NCBI GenBank assembly: GCA_963662465.1
Contig: OY759599.1
Coordinates: 6,112,001 to 6,176,000 of the forward strand
DNA length: 64,000 nucleotides
Origin: Desulfatiglandales bacterium
GTDB taxonomy: Bacteria; Desulfobacterota; DSM-4660; Desulfatiglandales; Desulfatiglandaceae
Direction of reading: 5' to 3'
Numbering within the stretch: position 1 is the first letter of the stretch; each line of letters begins with the position of its first letter. Below the pieces are notes generated by a model. It was not told the DNA's origin and made no database searches. It worked only from the letters and a program-made list of their open reading frames with translations. The position numbers and the translations under genes were made by a program. Positions 37,620-48,464 of this stretch are shown here, piece by piece.

Positions 37620-40052
37620 ATGGACAAAAAAATGAACAGGGCCGGCGTCATTGGGGCAGGGGTAATGGGAGCCACCATCGCCGCTCAACTAGCCAATGTG
37701 GGCATCGAAACCGTTTTGCTCGACATTGTTCCCCCGGAACTCACGGACGACGACAAGAAAAAGGGACTCACACCGGAAAAAAAGGGATTCAGGAACAAAT
37801 TCGGCAACAACGGACTGAAGATCGCTTTAAAGTCTAAACCTGCCTCCTTTTATATTCCGGAAAATGCAAAATTGATCACCATCGGCAACATGGAAGACGA
37901 TCTGGCGCTGTTAAAAGACGTGGATTGGATCATCGAGGTGGTTATTGAACGGCTGGATATCAAGCAAAAGGTTTTTGAAAAGATTGAAACCGTGCTGACG
38001 CCCGGCGCCGTTATTTCCTCCAACACCTCTGGAATAACCGCGAAAGACATGTGCGAAGGGCGTTCCGAAGACTTTAAAAAGCATTTCGCCATCACCCATT
38101 TTTTTAATCCCCCACGCTATATGAAACTTTTGGAGATCGTACCGGGTCCGGATACCCTTCCCGAGGTGGTGGAAAGGCTGGCTGAAGTATGTGAGAAAAA
38201 GCTGGGCAAAGGCATTGTCTATGCCAAAGACACCCCCAATTTCGTGGCCAACCGTGTGGGTACCTTCAGCATGTTTTCCACCATCAATGCCATGATGGAA
38301 CTGGGGCTCAGTGTGGAAGCCGTGGACAAGCTGACGGGCCCCGTGGTGGGGAACCCCAAGAGCGCTTCCTTCAGGACGGCTGACCTGGTGGGTCTGGATA
38401 CATTGCTTCACGTGGCTGACAATGTGTATGAGGGATCTCCCGATGATGAAAAACGGGAAATATTCAAAGCGCCTGAATTCATCTCAAAGATGATTGAAAA
38501 GGGGCTGTTAGGTGAAAAGACCAAACAGGGATTCTATAAAAAAAGCAAGGATGCCGACGGTAAACGGGTGATCCTGTCCTTGGATTACAATACGGTAGAC
38601 CATACGCCACAGGAAAAGGTGAAAATAGCCTCTCTGGCGGCGGCCAAAAATGTTTCCGGAGTCGGCAAAAAAATCAAATCGCTCTATTACGCAAAGGATC
38701 AGGCGGGCGTATTTACCTTTAAAACCTTGAGTGAAACCTTTATCTATGCCGCCAACCGCATTCCGGAAATTGCAGACGATATCGTAAACGTCGACAACGC
38801 CATGAAGTGGGGCTTTGGCCGTAAGCTGGGTCCCTTTGAGTCATGGGATGCCGTAGGTCTGGGAAAATCCGCAGCCAAAATGAAAGAAGCCGGTTATAAA
38901 ATCCCCGCGTGGGTGGAAGAGATGCTCTCTGGCGGCAAAGAAACTTTCTACAAAAAGGAAGCCGGCAAACTCTATTTCTATGATATCGCGTCCAAAGACT
39001 ACCAGGAAGTTCCGGTAAAACCCGGCATTATTCTCCTGCCCACACTCAAAGAGCAGAATAAAACAGTTGCGGAAAATTCGGGCGCCTCCCTCATCGATCT
39101 GGGCGACGGCGTGGCGTGTCTTGAGTTCCACACCAAAATGAACGCCATGGGCGAAGACATTACCAATATGGTCCTGAAATCGGCGGACATTATCAGCAAC
39201 GACTTTGAGGGTCTGGTCATTGCCAACCATGGTACAAACTTTTCCGCCGGCGCCAACCTGCCGCTCATCCTTTTCACGGCCCAGGAAGAAGAATGGGATG
39301 ATCTGGAGTGGATGATAAAGGTGTTCCAGGATTCTTTCATGAAACTGAAATATCTCGATAAACCGGTAGTGGCGGCCCCTGCGGGGATGGCTTTGGGAGG
39401 CGGCTGTGAAATTTGTCTGGCCGCGGATCGGGTGCGGTTTGCCGCGGAGACTTATATGGGCCTTGTGGAAGCGGGCGTTGGCCTGGTTCCGGCGGGCGGG
39501 GGCACCAAGGAGTTGTTTATTCGGAACACGGATCACCTGTTTGAAGTCAAAAGAGGCGGCCTTTACCCCAAACAAATTGAAATGATGCCGTTTATTTCCA
39601 GAGCCTTTGAAACCATCGCCATGGCCAAGGTGGCAACATCGGGTCCGGAAGCCATCAGCCTGGGCTACTTGAGGCCCACGGATAAAATGACCGTTAATCG
39701 CGATTACCAGATTCAGGACGCTAAAAACACGGTGCTGGCCATGAATATTGAAGGTTACACCCCACCGAGACCCAGGGATGATCTGCGGGTCCCCGGTGAC
39801 AACACTTTTGCCATGATTAAACTGGGACTCTGGACCATGCATGAGCAGAACTTTATCACCGACCACGATGTGACCGTATCCACCAAGATCGGATATATTC
39901 TGTGCGGCGGCCAAGTTCAGGAAGACACTATCGTCACGGAACAATACCTCCTTGATTTGGAAAGGGAGGCTTTTCTGAGCCTTCTGGGCGATCCCAACAC
40001 CCAGGCCAGGATACAGCATATGCTGACCACGGGAAAACCGCTCAGGAACTAA
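37620..40052 (+). CDS. fadN: 3-hydroxyacyl-CoA dehydrogenase/enoyl-CoA hydratase (FadN-type)
   Basis: GAGVMG, SNTSG, HFFNPPRY, FSAGANL, GGGCE, TGKPLRN. Confidence 0.88.
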   Translation: MDKKMNRAGVIGAGVMGATIAAQLANVGIETVLLDIVPPELTDDDKKKGLTPEKKGFRNKFGNNGLKIALKSKPASFYIPENAKLITIGNMEDDLALLKDVDWIIEVVIERLDIKQKVFEKIETVLTPGAVISSNTSGITAKDMCEGRSEDFKKHFAITHFFNPPRYMKLLEIVPGPDTLPEVVERLAEVCEKKLGKGIVYAKDTPNFVANRVGTFSMFSTINAMMELGLSVEAVDKLTGPVVGNPKSASFRTADLVGLDTLLHVADNVYEGSPDDEKREIFKAPEFISKMIEKGLLGEKTKQGFYKKSKDADGKRVILSLDYNTVDHTPQEKVKIASLAAAKNVSGVGKKIKSLYYAKDQAGVFTFKTLSETFIYAANRIPEIADDIVNVDNAMKWGFGRKLGPFESWDAVGLGKSAAKMKEAGYKIPAWVEEMLSGGKETFYKKEAGKLYFYDIASKDYQEVPVKPGIILLPTLKEQNKTVAENSGASLIDLGDGVACLEFHTKMNAMGEDITNMVLKSADIISNDFEGLVIANHGTNFSAGANLPLILFTAQEEEWDDLEWMIKVFQDSFMKLKYLDKPVVAAPAGMALGGGCEICLAADRVRFAAETYMGLVEAGVGLVPAGGGTKELFIRNTDHLFEVKRGGLYPKQIEMMPFISRAFETIAMAKVATSGPEAISLGYLRPTDKMTVNRDYQIQDAKNTVLAMNIEGYTPPRPRDDLRVPGDNTFAMIKLGLWTMHEQNFITDHDVTVSTKIGYILCGGQVQEDTIVTEQYLLDLEREAFLSLLGDPNTQARIQHMLTTGKPLRN

Positions 40053-40121
40053 ACGCTGCCGGTGCATTCAGATAAGCGATATTAAACAGGTTATAACTGA
40101 TCAATGACAGGGGAGGAAAAT

Positions 40122-41309
40122 ATGATGAAAGAAGCCGTAATTGTTGCTGCCTGCAGGACGGCAGCGGGAAAGGCCCCTCGAGGAATATTAAAGCATACCC
40201 GTCCCGAACAGATGGGCTGTACTGTTTTAGAAGATTTAATGAAACGGGCGGGTGATCTGGACCCGATGTTAATTGACGATGTGGTGATTGGGTGTACGTT
40301 CCCCGAATCCGTACAGGGATTGAACCTGGGCAGGGTTTTGGTCATGAGCATGGGGTGGCCGGACCGCATTCCCGGCATGACGGTTAACCGCTTCTGTTCT
40401 TCAGGCCTTCAGGCCATTGCCATTGCCGCAGAAAAAATCATGTGTGGATTTGCCGATGTGATGGTTGCCGGCGGCGTGGAGAGCATGAGCCAGATCCCCA
40501 TGGGCGGGAGCATGATGTACCCCAATCCGGCGCTGGTGGATACGCGGCCGGGCGCCTTTACCGGCATGGGATTGACCGCTGAAAACGTGGCGGAACGGTT
40601 CAATATCGGTCGGGATGAACAGGACGCGTTCGGTGCTAAAAGCCAGCAGAAGGCGGAAGCAGCCATTAAGGCAGGGCGTTTTAAAAGTCAGATTGTTCCT
40701 TTAAAGGTCAAGAAACAGAAAAAACTGCCCAACGGTCGGTTTGAATTCGAAGAGTTTATTTTTGATCAGGATGAAGGGATGCGCCCCGGCACCACCAAGG
40801 AGAGCATCGGTAGAATTCCACCGGCTTTTAAGCCGGGTGGTTCCGTAACCGCCGGGAATTCTTCCCAGACCAGCGATGCGGCAGCTGCGGTCCTGCTCAT
40901 GAGCAAGGAAAAAGCGAAAGAGCTGGGATTTAAACCCATGGCGACCTTCAGATATCATGCGGTGGAAGGATGCGAGCCCGAAGTCATGGGAGTCGGTCCC
41001 GCCGTGGCCATTCCAAGGGTTCTCAAGCTGGCTGGGATGGACTTAAGCCAAATGGACCTGATCGAATTGAACGAAGCCTTCGCGGCCCAGGCTATTTACT
41101 GCATCAACGAACTGGGAATCAACGAAGACATTACCAACGTAAATGGCGGCGCCATTGCTCTAGGGCACCCGTTGGGGTGTACGGGGGCCAAACTGACAAC
41201 CCAGCTGATCTATGAAATGCAGGAGCGGAAAGCCCGCTGGGGGTTGGTGTCCATGTGTATTGGGTTCGGCATGGGCGCCGCGGGCATCTTTGAGATCGAA
41301 GATTACTGA
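40122..41309 (+). CDS. fadA: Acetyl-CoA C-acyltransferase (thiolase)
   Basis: NRFCSSG, NEAF, GHPLG, MCIG. Confidence 0.92.
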   Translation: MMKEAVIVAACRTAAGKAPRGILKHTRPEQMGCTVLEDLMKRAGDLDPMLIDDVVIGCTFPESVQGLNLGRVLVMSMGWPDRIPGMTVNRFCSSGLQAIAIAAEKIMCGFADVMVAGGVESMSQIPMGGSMMYPNPALVDTRPGAFTGMGLTAENVAERFNIGRDEQDAFGAKSQQKAEAAIKAGRFKSQIVPLKVKKQKKLPNGRFEFEEFIFDQDEGMRPGTTKESIGRIPPAFKPGGSVTAGNSSQTSDAAAAVLLMSKEKAKELGFKPMATFRYHAVEGCEPEVMGVGPAVAIPRVLKLAGMDLSQMDLIELNEAFAAQAIYCINELGINEDITNVNGGAIALGHPLGCTGAKLTTQLIYEMQERKARWGLVSMCIGFGMGAAGIFEIEDY

Positions 41310-41382
41310 GATTGTTGAATGATGATTGTTGATTTGAAAACGGTAAAATTAACAATTCCACATGTAGAAAGGAGCAAAAAAA

Positions 41383-43167
41383 ATGGCCGAAGAAAAGATT
41401 TTTGTTGGCGGAGAATTCCTGATTTCGGATGTCGCCCCCGAGGAAGTATTTACCCCTGAAGATTTCACAGATGAGCATCGCATGATTAAGGATATGGCGA
41501 AAGATTTCGTGGAAAAAGAGATCAAGCCCATCATGGATCAACTGGAAGAAAAAGATCACAATCTCACCCTTTCTCTTCTGGCAAAGGCCGGTGAGCTGGG
41601 TCTTTTGGGGACGGATGTTCCCGAAGAGTATGGCGGCATGGGGCTGGATAAGGTCAGCACCACTGTCGTCACCGAGTCTCTGGGGATTGCCGGTTCCTTC
41701 GCCGTGGTTTATGGCGCCCATTCAGGCATCGGCAGTTTACCCATCGTCTATTTCGGAAATGAAGAACAAAAAAATAAATACCTGCCCAAACTGGCGTCCG
41801 GCGAGTGGTGCGGGGCCTACTGTCTCACGGAACCCGGCGCCGGATCGGACGCGCTCAACGCCAAAACCAAGGCGGTTCTCTCCGAGGATGGAAAACACTA
41901 TATTATCAACGGCGAAAAGTTGTTCATCACCAATGCGGGATGGGCCAGCAGCTTTATTGTTTACGCCAAGGTGGATGGGGAACAGTTCACCGGCTTCATC
42001 GTTGAAAAGGATTTCAAAGGCGTATCTACGGGTAAGGAAGAAAAAAAGATGGGCGTACATGGCTCTTCCACACGCCCTGTGATTCTGGAGGATGCGGAAG
42101 TACCGGTGGAAAACGTCCTTTATGAAGTGGGAAAAGGTCACAAAATCGCCTTTAACATCCTGAACATCGGACGCTGGAAACTGGGGGCTGCCTCCGTGGG
42201 CGGATGTAAAGCCTGCGTCACGGAATCGGTTAAGTACGCCAACGGCCGCATTCAATTCAAGGTGCCCATCAGCTCCTTCGGCCTGATCAAAACCAAACTG
42301 GCCGATATGGCCGTCAAAGGCTTTATGAGCGACAGCGTCATGTACCGTTTGGCCGGCATGTTTGACAATAAACTGGGAACGCTTTCCGCCGAGGCCAAGA
42401 AAAGCGGCGCTGAAAACGCCAAGGCCATTGAAGAATATGCGGCGGAATGCTCCATCGCCAAGGTTTATGGTTCGGAAACCCTTGAATTCTGCGTGGATCA
42501 ATTCGTTCAGATCCTGGGGGGGTATGGATTTTGCGCGGATTATCCCGCGGAGCGCTATTATCGGGATTCCAGAATCAACCGCATCTGGGAAGGCACCAAC
42601 GAAATCAACCGAATGCTGATTCCCGGAACCTTGATGCAACGTGCCATGAAAGGCCGTCTAAACCTCTTGCAGGAGGCACAGGGCATTGCCGGCTTTCTCA
42701 TGGGCTACTCTCCCCTCTCCGTACAGTTATCCGATACCCCCCTTGCACTTCAGGAACACATGATTCAGATGGCCAAAAAGATTGCGCTGATGGTCGCCGG
42801 CGGCGCCGCAATGAAATTCCAGCAGAATCTAGCCAAGGAGCAGGAAGTGCTGGGCAAGGTAGCGGATATCATTATCGAAATCTTCGCCATGGAGAGCGGT
42901 TTGCTGAGAACCCTCAAGATCATTGCCAAAGAGGGGGAAGAAAAGGCAAAATACCACATTGACGCCGTTAAGGTCTATGTGGATGAGACCATTCCTAAAA
43001 TCGAAGCTTGGGCTAAACAGGTGATCGCCTATGTGGAAGAGGGCGACATGCTCAGGACACAACTGGCGGGCGTCAAGAAGCTGGCTCGTTATCAACCCAT
43101 CGACGCCGTGAGTTTAAAGCGGGAAATCGCAGACCGAATCATCGATCTGGAAGCCTATCCTTTCTAG
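41383..43167 (+). CDS. fadE: Acyl-CoA dehydrogenase (FadE-type)
   Basis: CLTEPGAGSD, QILGGYG, RIWEGTNEI. Confidence 0.9.
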   Translation: MAEEKIFVGGEFLISDVAPEEVFTPEDFTDEHRMIKDMAKDFVEKEIKPIMDQLEEKDHNLTLSLLAKAGELGLLGTDVPEEYGGMGLDKVSTTVVTESLGIAGSFAVVYGAHSGIGSLPIVYFGNEEQKNKYLPKLASGEWCGAYCLTEPGAGSDALNAKTKAVLSEDGKHYIINGEKLFITNAGWASSFIVYAKVDGEQFTGFIVEKDFKGVSTGKEEKKMGVHGSSTRPVILEDAEVPVENVLYEVGKGHKIAFNILNIGRWKLGAASVGGCKACVTESVKYANGRIQFKVPISSFGLIKTKLADMAVKGFMSDSVMYRLAGMFDNKLGTLSAEAKKSGAENAKAIEEYAAECSIAKVYGSETLEFCVDQFVQILGGYGFCADYPAERYYRDSRINRIWEGTNEINRMLIPGTLMQRAMKGRLNLLQEAQGIAGFLMGYSPLSVQLSDTPLALQEHMIQMAKKIALMVAGGAAMKFQQNLAKEQEVLGKVADIIIEIFAMESGLLRTLKIIAKEGEEKAKYHIDAVKVYVDETIPKIEAWAKQVIAYVEEGDMLRTQLAGVKKLARYQPIDAVSLKREIADRIIDLEAYPF

Positions 43168-43185
43168 GAAGGCGCAGGGAATGAC

Positions 43186-43213
43186 GGCGGGATGTGGTTG
43201 CTTGCATCCCGCC
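43186..43213. terminator. Hairpin between convergent genes
   Basis: GGCGGGATG-N10-CATCCCGCC. Confidence 0.55.
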
Positions 43214-43237
43214 ATCCAGTTCAACTACATCATATTT

Positions 43238-46171
43238 TTAAAGCACCTTTAACCGTTTGAGCCAGTTCGGCCGTTGTTTGTCCACCTCGTCCATGGCCGT
43301 TGAAGATCCTAACACCTTGACCACGCCCTTTTCCGCCGCTTCTTTCAAAACCCGGCCCATGGCCTTGAAATCAGATGTGGTGGTTCCCAGGAGTTCTTCC
43401 CGTATTTGCTGCCTCAAGCTTTCGGCGTCGTTCGTCAGATATCGAATCATGGAAACAAACCCCTTTGTATCGGGCAACATATAGCCGTCCAAGTCTCCAA
43501 TGGCGCCGATGATGCTCTTGGTTAGTTCTTCATCCGTGAGGGTCTTCTCTTCCAGAAAGCGGGCGGAATGGTCAAAGACATCCAAGGTTTGAAGCAGGTT
43601 GGGGTCCCGATAAGAGACAAACGTCAACATGCCGGAAATCCGGTCCAGCAGGCAGAATGCGCCATAGGCGCCTCCCTGCACGCGAACCCGGTCCCACAGC
43701 CAGGCATTGCGCACATAACGGGTAATGGCAAGGGCGGAGCCGTGAAATTTATATCCCAATTCAGTAAGATCCGCCCCTTTGCCCACATAGTTGACTTGGG
43801 TGGGAATGGTCATTCCTTCGAAGAGAGGATTGCTTTGGACGGGCCGGTCTTTCTTTAAAGCGCCGGATTCGACAACCGGACCGGCGGGCAAGGCACGCAG
43901 CAATTCCCTCAATGGCGGTTCAACCCGAGTCCATCCCGAAGCGTCTACGGTAACGTTGGCCAGGGTCGTCTTCCGGTTCACCAGTATGCCATGAATGTTC
44001 TTCAAAATGGCGAGGACCTTGGGCCAATCCTTTTCCACATCCTGAACCAGCTGTCTGATAAAAAAGAGATAGCTGATGCCGCCCATCTGTTCAGCGGCCC
44101 AGTGAGACTCGGAAAAATGGGACTTCAGTCGAAGGTTTACCATCTGGTGGCCCGCGGGAATGAGCTTTTGCTCCACCCGGGATTTTTCTTCCATGAGCAT
44201 CTGCCGAAAACGATCCCGGTTGTCCAGTTTCACCGTCAACAGCACATCCTCAAAAATACGGATCAGTTCCGCTACCTGGTGGGCCATGGTTTTTCCCCGA
44301 AGAAACAGCCAGGCGGCGCTTCCTTCCGACCCTTGCAGGCCCGAGGTAAAGGCTTGCGGATGAATGCCCCCCGTTTTTCGGCTGATGCGCTGGGTCAGCG
44401 TTACGAAATCTTCCGTTTCCGTACCCATCTCAACGAAGGCGCGACCCAGGAGGGGGATATAGGACAGGTAGTCAGGGGGAAGATTTTGGAGACTGAAACC
44501 CAGATCCACATAGGCAATCCCATTGGTAAACAGGTCATGGTAGAGGATGGGGATATCGTCTTCATCCATTTCGGCCAGGGGAATGGTCTTGTTGCGCTGT
44601 TCCAGATCATCCCGATTCAGCATGGGGATGGTGGCCAGATCCTCGGGGGCGTCGGGCTTTTCCTGGAGTATTTTCAGTTCCCGGGTGTTCTTCTGAACCG
44701 CTTCCAGAACTGTTTCATCCATGGCGGCACGGGCTTTTTCCAGCCGCTGTTTTTCAGCTTCAGCCTCCTTTTTTCCGAGATTTGAATCGGGTTCCAGAAT
44801 CAGGGTGGTCCGATGGTTGTTTGAAAGGAACGTCTGTTCAATAAGCGCCTCAAAATAGGAGGGGTTGTGGGCGATTTTTCCCTTCACCCGTTCAAGGGGA
44901 CCTTCAAAGGCCACCAGTGCCAGGGGATCCCCCCCGTAAAGCCAGGTGGTGAGCGATCGCAACATCAGTGACAGTCCCCGGGGGAAACTGCCGGAGTTGT
45001 TTTCCCGCAGGCGGAATTCGATGGTATTCAGGGCCGCCTCCACCGTATGGGGATCGATGCCCGACCGGGAAAGGGTTCTCAGCGTCTTTAGAATGAGATC
45101 TTCAATCTTTTGGGCGTTATCCGTTTCAATCCCCTTGAGGCCGGTAGAAAAGCACATCTGCCGCAATTCGGTTTCCAAACCGCCGCCGGTCAGGTCTTCT
45201 CCGAACCCTGAGTCGATGAGCGCTTTCCTGAGGGGAGAAGCGGGCATGCCCAGCAGGATGTACTCCAGGATGCGCAGGGAAAAGTTGGCGTCCACATCGG
45301 TTGTTTCACCCAGCATCCAGTTCACGGTCATCATGCCTTTGGCGGCTGTTTCATCCCCTTCGCCCACCATGTAGGGCCGGACCAGGCGTCTCGGTTTGCT
45401 GAAAGAAGATTGCAATTGCACGTTGGAATCGACCGAAAGCGGTTCAAAATCACCCAGCACCGCCTCTAATCGCTTCAGGCGCTCTTCGGGGTCATCATTG
45501 CCATAAAAAAAGATACGCGCGTTTGACGGATGATAATATCGTTCATGAAAGGCATGAAACTGTTCATAGGTGAGGTTGGGAATTTGTTTCGGATCGCCTC
45601 CTGAGTCAAGCCCGTAGGCATTGTCCGGAAACAGGGATTGAAGGGAGTATTCGGAAAGCACGTTGTCCGGTGAAGAATAGGCCCCTTTCATTTCGTTAAA
45701 GACCACCCCTTTGAAGACCATTTCGGCCTCTTTCTCCTCCAGTTCGTAATGCCACCCTTCCTGCTGAAAGATGGCAGGCGTGATTCTGGGATAAAACACC
45801 GCATCCAGGTAAACATCCATCAGGTTGTAAAAATCCTGAAGATTCTGGCTGGCCACGGGATAGCAGGTCTTATCCGGATAAGTAAAGGCATTTAAAAATG
45901 TCTGAAGAGAGCCTTTCAGAAGCTCGACAAAGGGTTCCTTGACGGGGTATTTCCTGGATCCGCAAAGGACCGAATGCTCCAGAATATGGGCCACTCCCGT
46001 GGAGTCAAAGGGAGGCGTTCGAAAGGTGATGCCAAACACCTTGTTTTCGTCGTCGGTGATGATGGAAAGGATCTCAGCCCCTGTTTTTTTGTGACGGAAC
46101 AGATGGGCCTGGGTTTTCAGTTCCGCTATGTCTCGTTTTTCGATCAGTTCAAATGCGTTATGCGTTTTCAT
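43238..46171 (-). CDS. M16C (presequence-protease-like) metallopeptidase
   Basis: HILEH, GVVFNEMKG, RVQGGAYG, SYRDP; AGGAGGAG RBS before ATG at 46171. Confidence 0.92.
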   Translation of the reverse strand: MKTHNAFELIEKRDIAELKTQAHLFRHKKTGAEILSIITDDENKVFGITFRTPPFDSTGVAHILEHSVLCGSRKYPVKEPFVELLKGSLQTFLNAFTYPDKTCYPVASQNLQDFYNLMDVYLDAVFYPRITPAIFQQEGWHYELEEKEAEMVFKGVVFNEMKGAYSSPDNVLSEYSLQSLFPDNAYGLDSGGDPKQIPNLTYEQFHAFHERYYHPSNARIFFYGNDDPEERLKRLEAVLGDFEPLSVDSNVQLQSSFSKPRRLVRPYMVGEGDETAAKGMMTVNWMLGETTDVDANFSLRILEYILLGMPASPLRKALIDSGFGEDLTGGGLETELRQMCFSTGLKGIETDNAQKIEDLILKTLRTLSRSGIDPHTVEAALNTIEFRLRENNSGSFPRGLSLMLRSLTTWLYGGDPLALVAFEGPLERVKGKIAHNPSYFEALIEQTFLSNNHRTTLILEPDSNLGKKEAEAEKQRLEKARAAMDETVLEAVQKNTRELKILQEKPDAPEDLATIPMLNRDDLEQRNKTIPLAEMDEDDIPILYHDLFTNGIAYVDLGFSLQNLPPDYLSYIPLLGRAFVEMGTETEDFVTLTQRISRKTGGIHPQAFTSGLQGSEGSAAWLFLRGKTMAHQVAELIRIFEDVLLTVKLDNRDRFRQMLMEEKSRVEQKLIPAGHQMVNLRLKSHFSESHWAAEQMGGISYLFFIRQLVQDVEKDWPKVLAILKNIHGILVNRKTTLANVTVDASGWTRVEPPLRELLRALPAGPVVESGALKKDRPVQSNPLFEGMTIPTQVNYVGKGADLTELGYKFHGSALAITRYVRNAWLWDRVRVQGGAYGAFCLLDRISGMLTFVSYRDPNLLQTLDVFDHSARFLEEKTLTDEELTKSIIGAIGDLDGYMLPDTKGFVSMIRYLTNDAESLRQQIREELLGTTTSDFKAMGRVLKEAAEKGVVKVLGSSTAMDEVDKQRPNWLKRLKVL

Positions 46172-46208
46172 GTACTCCTCCTGGCGACGTTGTTGGTTTT
46201 CCGGGGTT

Positions 46209-48302
46209 TCAAGGAAGTGCCGGACTGATCCGACAGGAAATCCCCTTAAGGTTGGGTGTGCCGAATTCCCGGCCCAGGTTTTCGGTGGTGGTGAGCATGT
46301 TGAAGTTGGCCCGGGTCCAGTTGTCTTTGTCCATAAGCGCTTCCGGAAACCACCAGCCATAGGCGGCGCTGACTACCCGCGGGTGAATATGGGGGGTTAA
46401 CCGGGCGGTCTGGCGGATTTGACCCGACCGGGTTTCAATGCTTACAGGATTTCCCTCTTGAATGCCTAAGCGCGCGGCGGTTTCGGGATGAATTTCCACC
46501 ATTGCGTCAGGACTCCTCTCCCGCAATTTTCTGACCCATCGGTAGGCGGAATGGAGATAAAATCGGTCTTTACAACTGATCAACACCAGCGGATAGTCCG
46601 GATCATCCAAAGGCAGGGCGGCGGTTTCGGGCAACGGGTGAAGCTTGAATTTTTCGGCGGTACTCAAGCGTAGCTCCACCTTGCCCGTGGGGGTCCTGAA
46701 CCCTTTGGCTTCATATTTTTTAAATTGGTCTTTTCCTTTGAGGTATCCCAATTCCGAAAAGGCGTTGAAGGTCAGGCCCATCGGTTTTAGCACCATGTCG
46801 ATCAACGCATGAGCATCATCAAACCAGTGTTCCTTTGAGGTCATGCCAGCGCCCAGGTCATTGATGATTCGGATATCGGGCCGACATTCCTCAGGGGGTT
46901 CAACGATTTTCGGTCTTGCCAGGATATAACCATGCCCCAGTCCGTAATGTCCGATGTCGTCAAATTCGAAATGGGTGGCAGCGGGCAGAACGATGTCCGC
47001 AAGCGCCGCGGTAGGGGTCATGAAAAGATCACTGACCGCCAGAAAATCCAGGCGGTTCAAGGCCTCAAAGGTCAGGTTGCTGTCCGCATAGGCCATTAAG
47101 GGGTTGGCGCACTGGACATAGGCGCCTTTTACCGGATAGGGATTTTCTTTCAGTACGGCTTCTCTGAAAAAAGCGGGCGGAACGGTCATGAGCCTGGGGA
47201 TGGTCCCGTGAGCCGCATGGATCATCTCTTTCCATTTGTTGGGCAAAAGATCCGCCCGCACGTACTTTCCCAAAGGGAGAATTCCAGGCTCGTTGGGTTG
47301 AATGTTGCCGCCGGGAATATCCAGGTTGCCGCATAGGGCCATAAGGCAGGTGATGGCCCTTATGGCGTCAAAGGCATGGCTGTTTTGCTCCAGGGCATTT
47401 CCCCAATGAATGGCGGCGGGGCTGGATTCAGCATATAATCTTGCCGCTTTTCGAATCAGATCCGGTGAAACCCAGGTAATGTCCGCGACTTTTTCGGGGG
47501 CATAATCCGTCACATGACGGGCCAGCGCATCAAAACCGTGGGTCCAGGTTTCAACAAACGTCCTGTCGAACAGGTTTTCTTCAATAATGACATTCAAAAA
47601 TGCCAGGGCCATAAAGTGGTCCGTGGCGGGCCGAAGCTGAAGCCAGACCTGTGCTTTTTTGGCCATATCGGTTTTTCTCGGGTCGATAACGATCAGCTGA
47701 GTTCCCCGCTTCACTTGGTCCAGTAAGAGGCTGCTGATTTCCCCTTCTTCATGGGTATGGGTGGGATTGCTTCCCCACACCAGCACGGTTTTGCTTGGGT
47801 GATGAAAATCCACCACCGGATAAAAACCGCAGGTATGCATCCCGGTCACTTCCCGGGGTGCATGGCAAACGTCCTGAACCGCTACCACATTGGGAGACCC
47901 AAAGAGATTGGCAAGGCGAATCAGGGCAAAATGCTCCATGCCCTTGGGCATACCCTGGCAAAAGGCAACCCCCCTGGCGCCGTATTGTTCCTTGATTTGA
48001 AGAAAATTTTGGCTGATGGTCCGGATGGCTTGATCCCAGGAGATTTTTTCCCATTTTCCCCCGCCCCTTTCCCCTTTTCGCTTCAGGGGATGTTTCAGGC
48101 GGTCCGGGTGGGTAAGGCGTTCCGAAGACGCCAATCCCTTGGGACAAATATAGCCCCTGTTTAAAAAACCGTCCGGGTCTCCCTTTATTTTGACAATCCG
48201 GTTGTTTTGAGTTCCCACCAGAATGGCGCACCCACCGTGATCCATTCTGGCGCAATGAGTTTTGGTCCAGCGTATGCCTGTTTCCATCGTGTCAACGCCC
48301 AT
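46209..48302 (-). CDS. Cytoplasmic bis-MGD oxidoreductase (DMSO reductase family, acetylene-hydratase-like architecture)
   Basis: ICPKG, RLKHPL, GNLDIPGG, ADIVLPA, TPTGKVE, VEIHP; no Tat signal. Confidence 0.85.
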   Translation of the reverse strand: MGVDTMETGIRWTKTHCARMDHGGCAILVGTQNNRIVKIKGDPDGFLNRGYICPKGLASSERLTHPDRLKHPLKRKGERGGGKWEKISWDQAIRTISQNFLQIKEQYGARGVAFCQGMPKGMEHFALIRLANLFGSPNVVAVQDVCHAPREVTGMHTCGFYPVVDFHHPSKTVLVWGSNPTHTHEEGEISSLLLDQVKRGTQLIVIDPRKTDMAKKAQVWLQLRPATDHFMALAFLNVIIEENLFDRTFVETWTHGFDALARHVTDYAPEKVADITWVSPDLIRKAARLYAESSPAAIHWGNALEQNSHAFDAIRAITCLMALCGNLDIPGGNIQPNEPGILPLGKYVRADLLPNKWKEMIHAAHGTIPRLMTVPPAFFREAVLKENPYPVKGAYVQCANPLMAYADSNLTFEALNRLDFLAVSDLFMTPTAALADIVLPAATHFEFDDIGHYGLGHGYILARPKIVEPPEECRPDIRIINDLGAGMTSKEHWFDDAHALIDMVLKPMGLTFNAFSELGYLKGKDQFKKYEAKGFRTPTGKVELRLSTAEKFKLHPLPETAALPLDDPDYPLVLISCKDRFYLHSAYRWVRKLRERSPDAMVEIHPETAARLGIQEGNPVSIETRSGQIRQTARLTPHIHPRVVSAAYGWWFPEALMDKDNWTRANFNMLTTTENLGREFGTPNLKGISCRISPALP

Positions 48303-48464
48303 GAGTGTTAGGATTTTCTCTGAATTTTAATGACCTGAAACACCCATAGCACCACCTGACGGCGATTGTCAAAAATATTCCATGGCCTATTTTTCAGTTT
48401 TACGCTATCTTAACTTAAACGAAGATCAGGATGTCCTTTTATGATGCCGCGGGAAGTCAACACG

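Noticed and set aside
38841..42639. Long minus-strand ORFs (408 aa and 300 aa)
   Set aside because: Shadows of fadN and fadE; no motifs
46172..46360. N-terminal extension giving a 1040-aa peptidase
   Set aside because: Overlaps the upstream gene; the strong RBS supports ATG 46171
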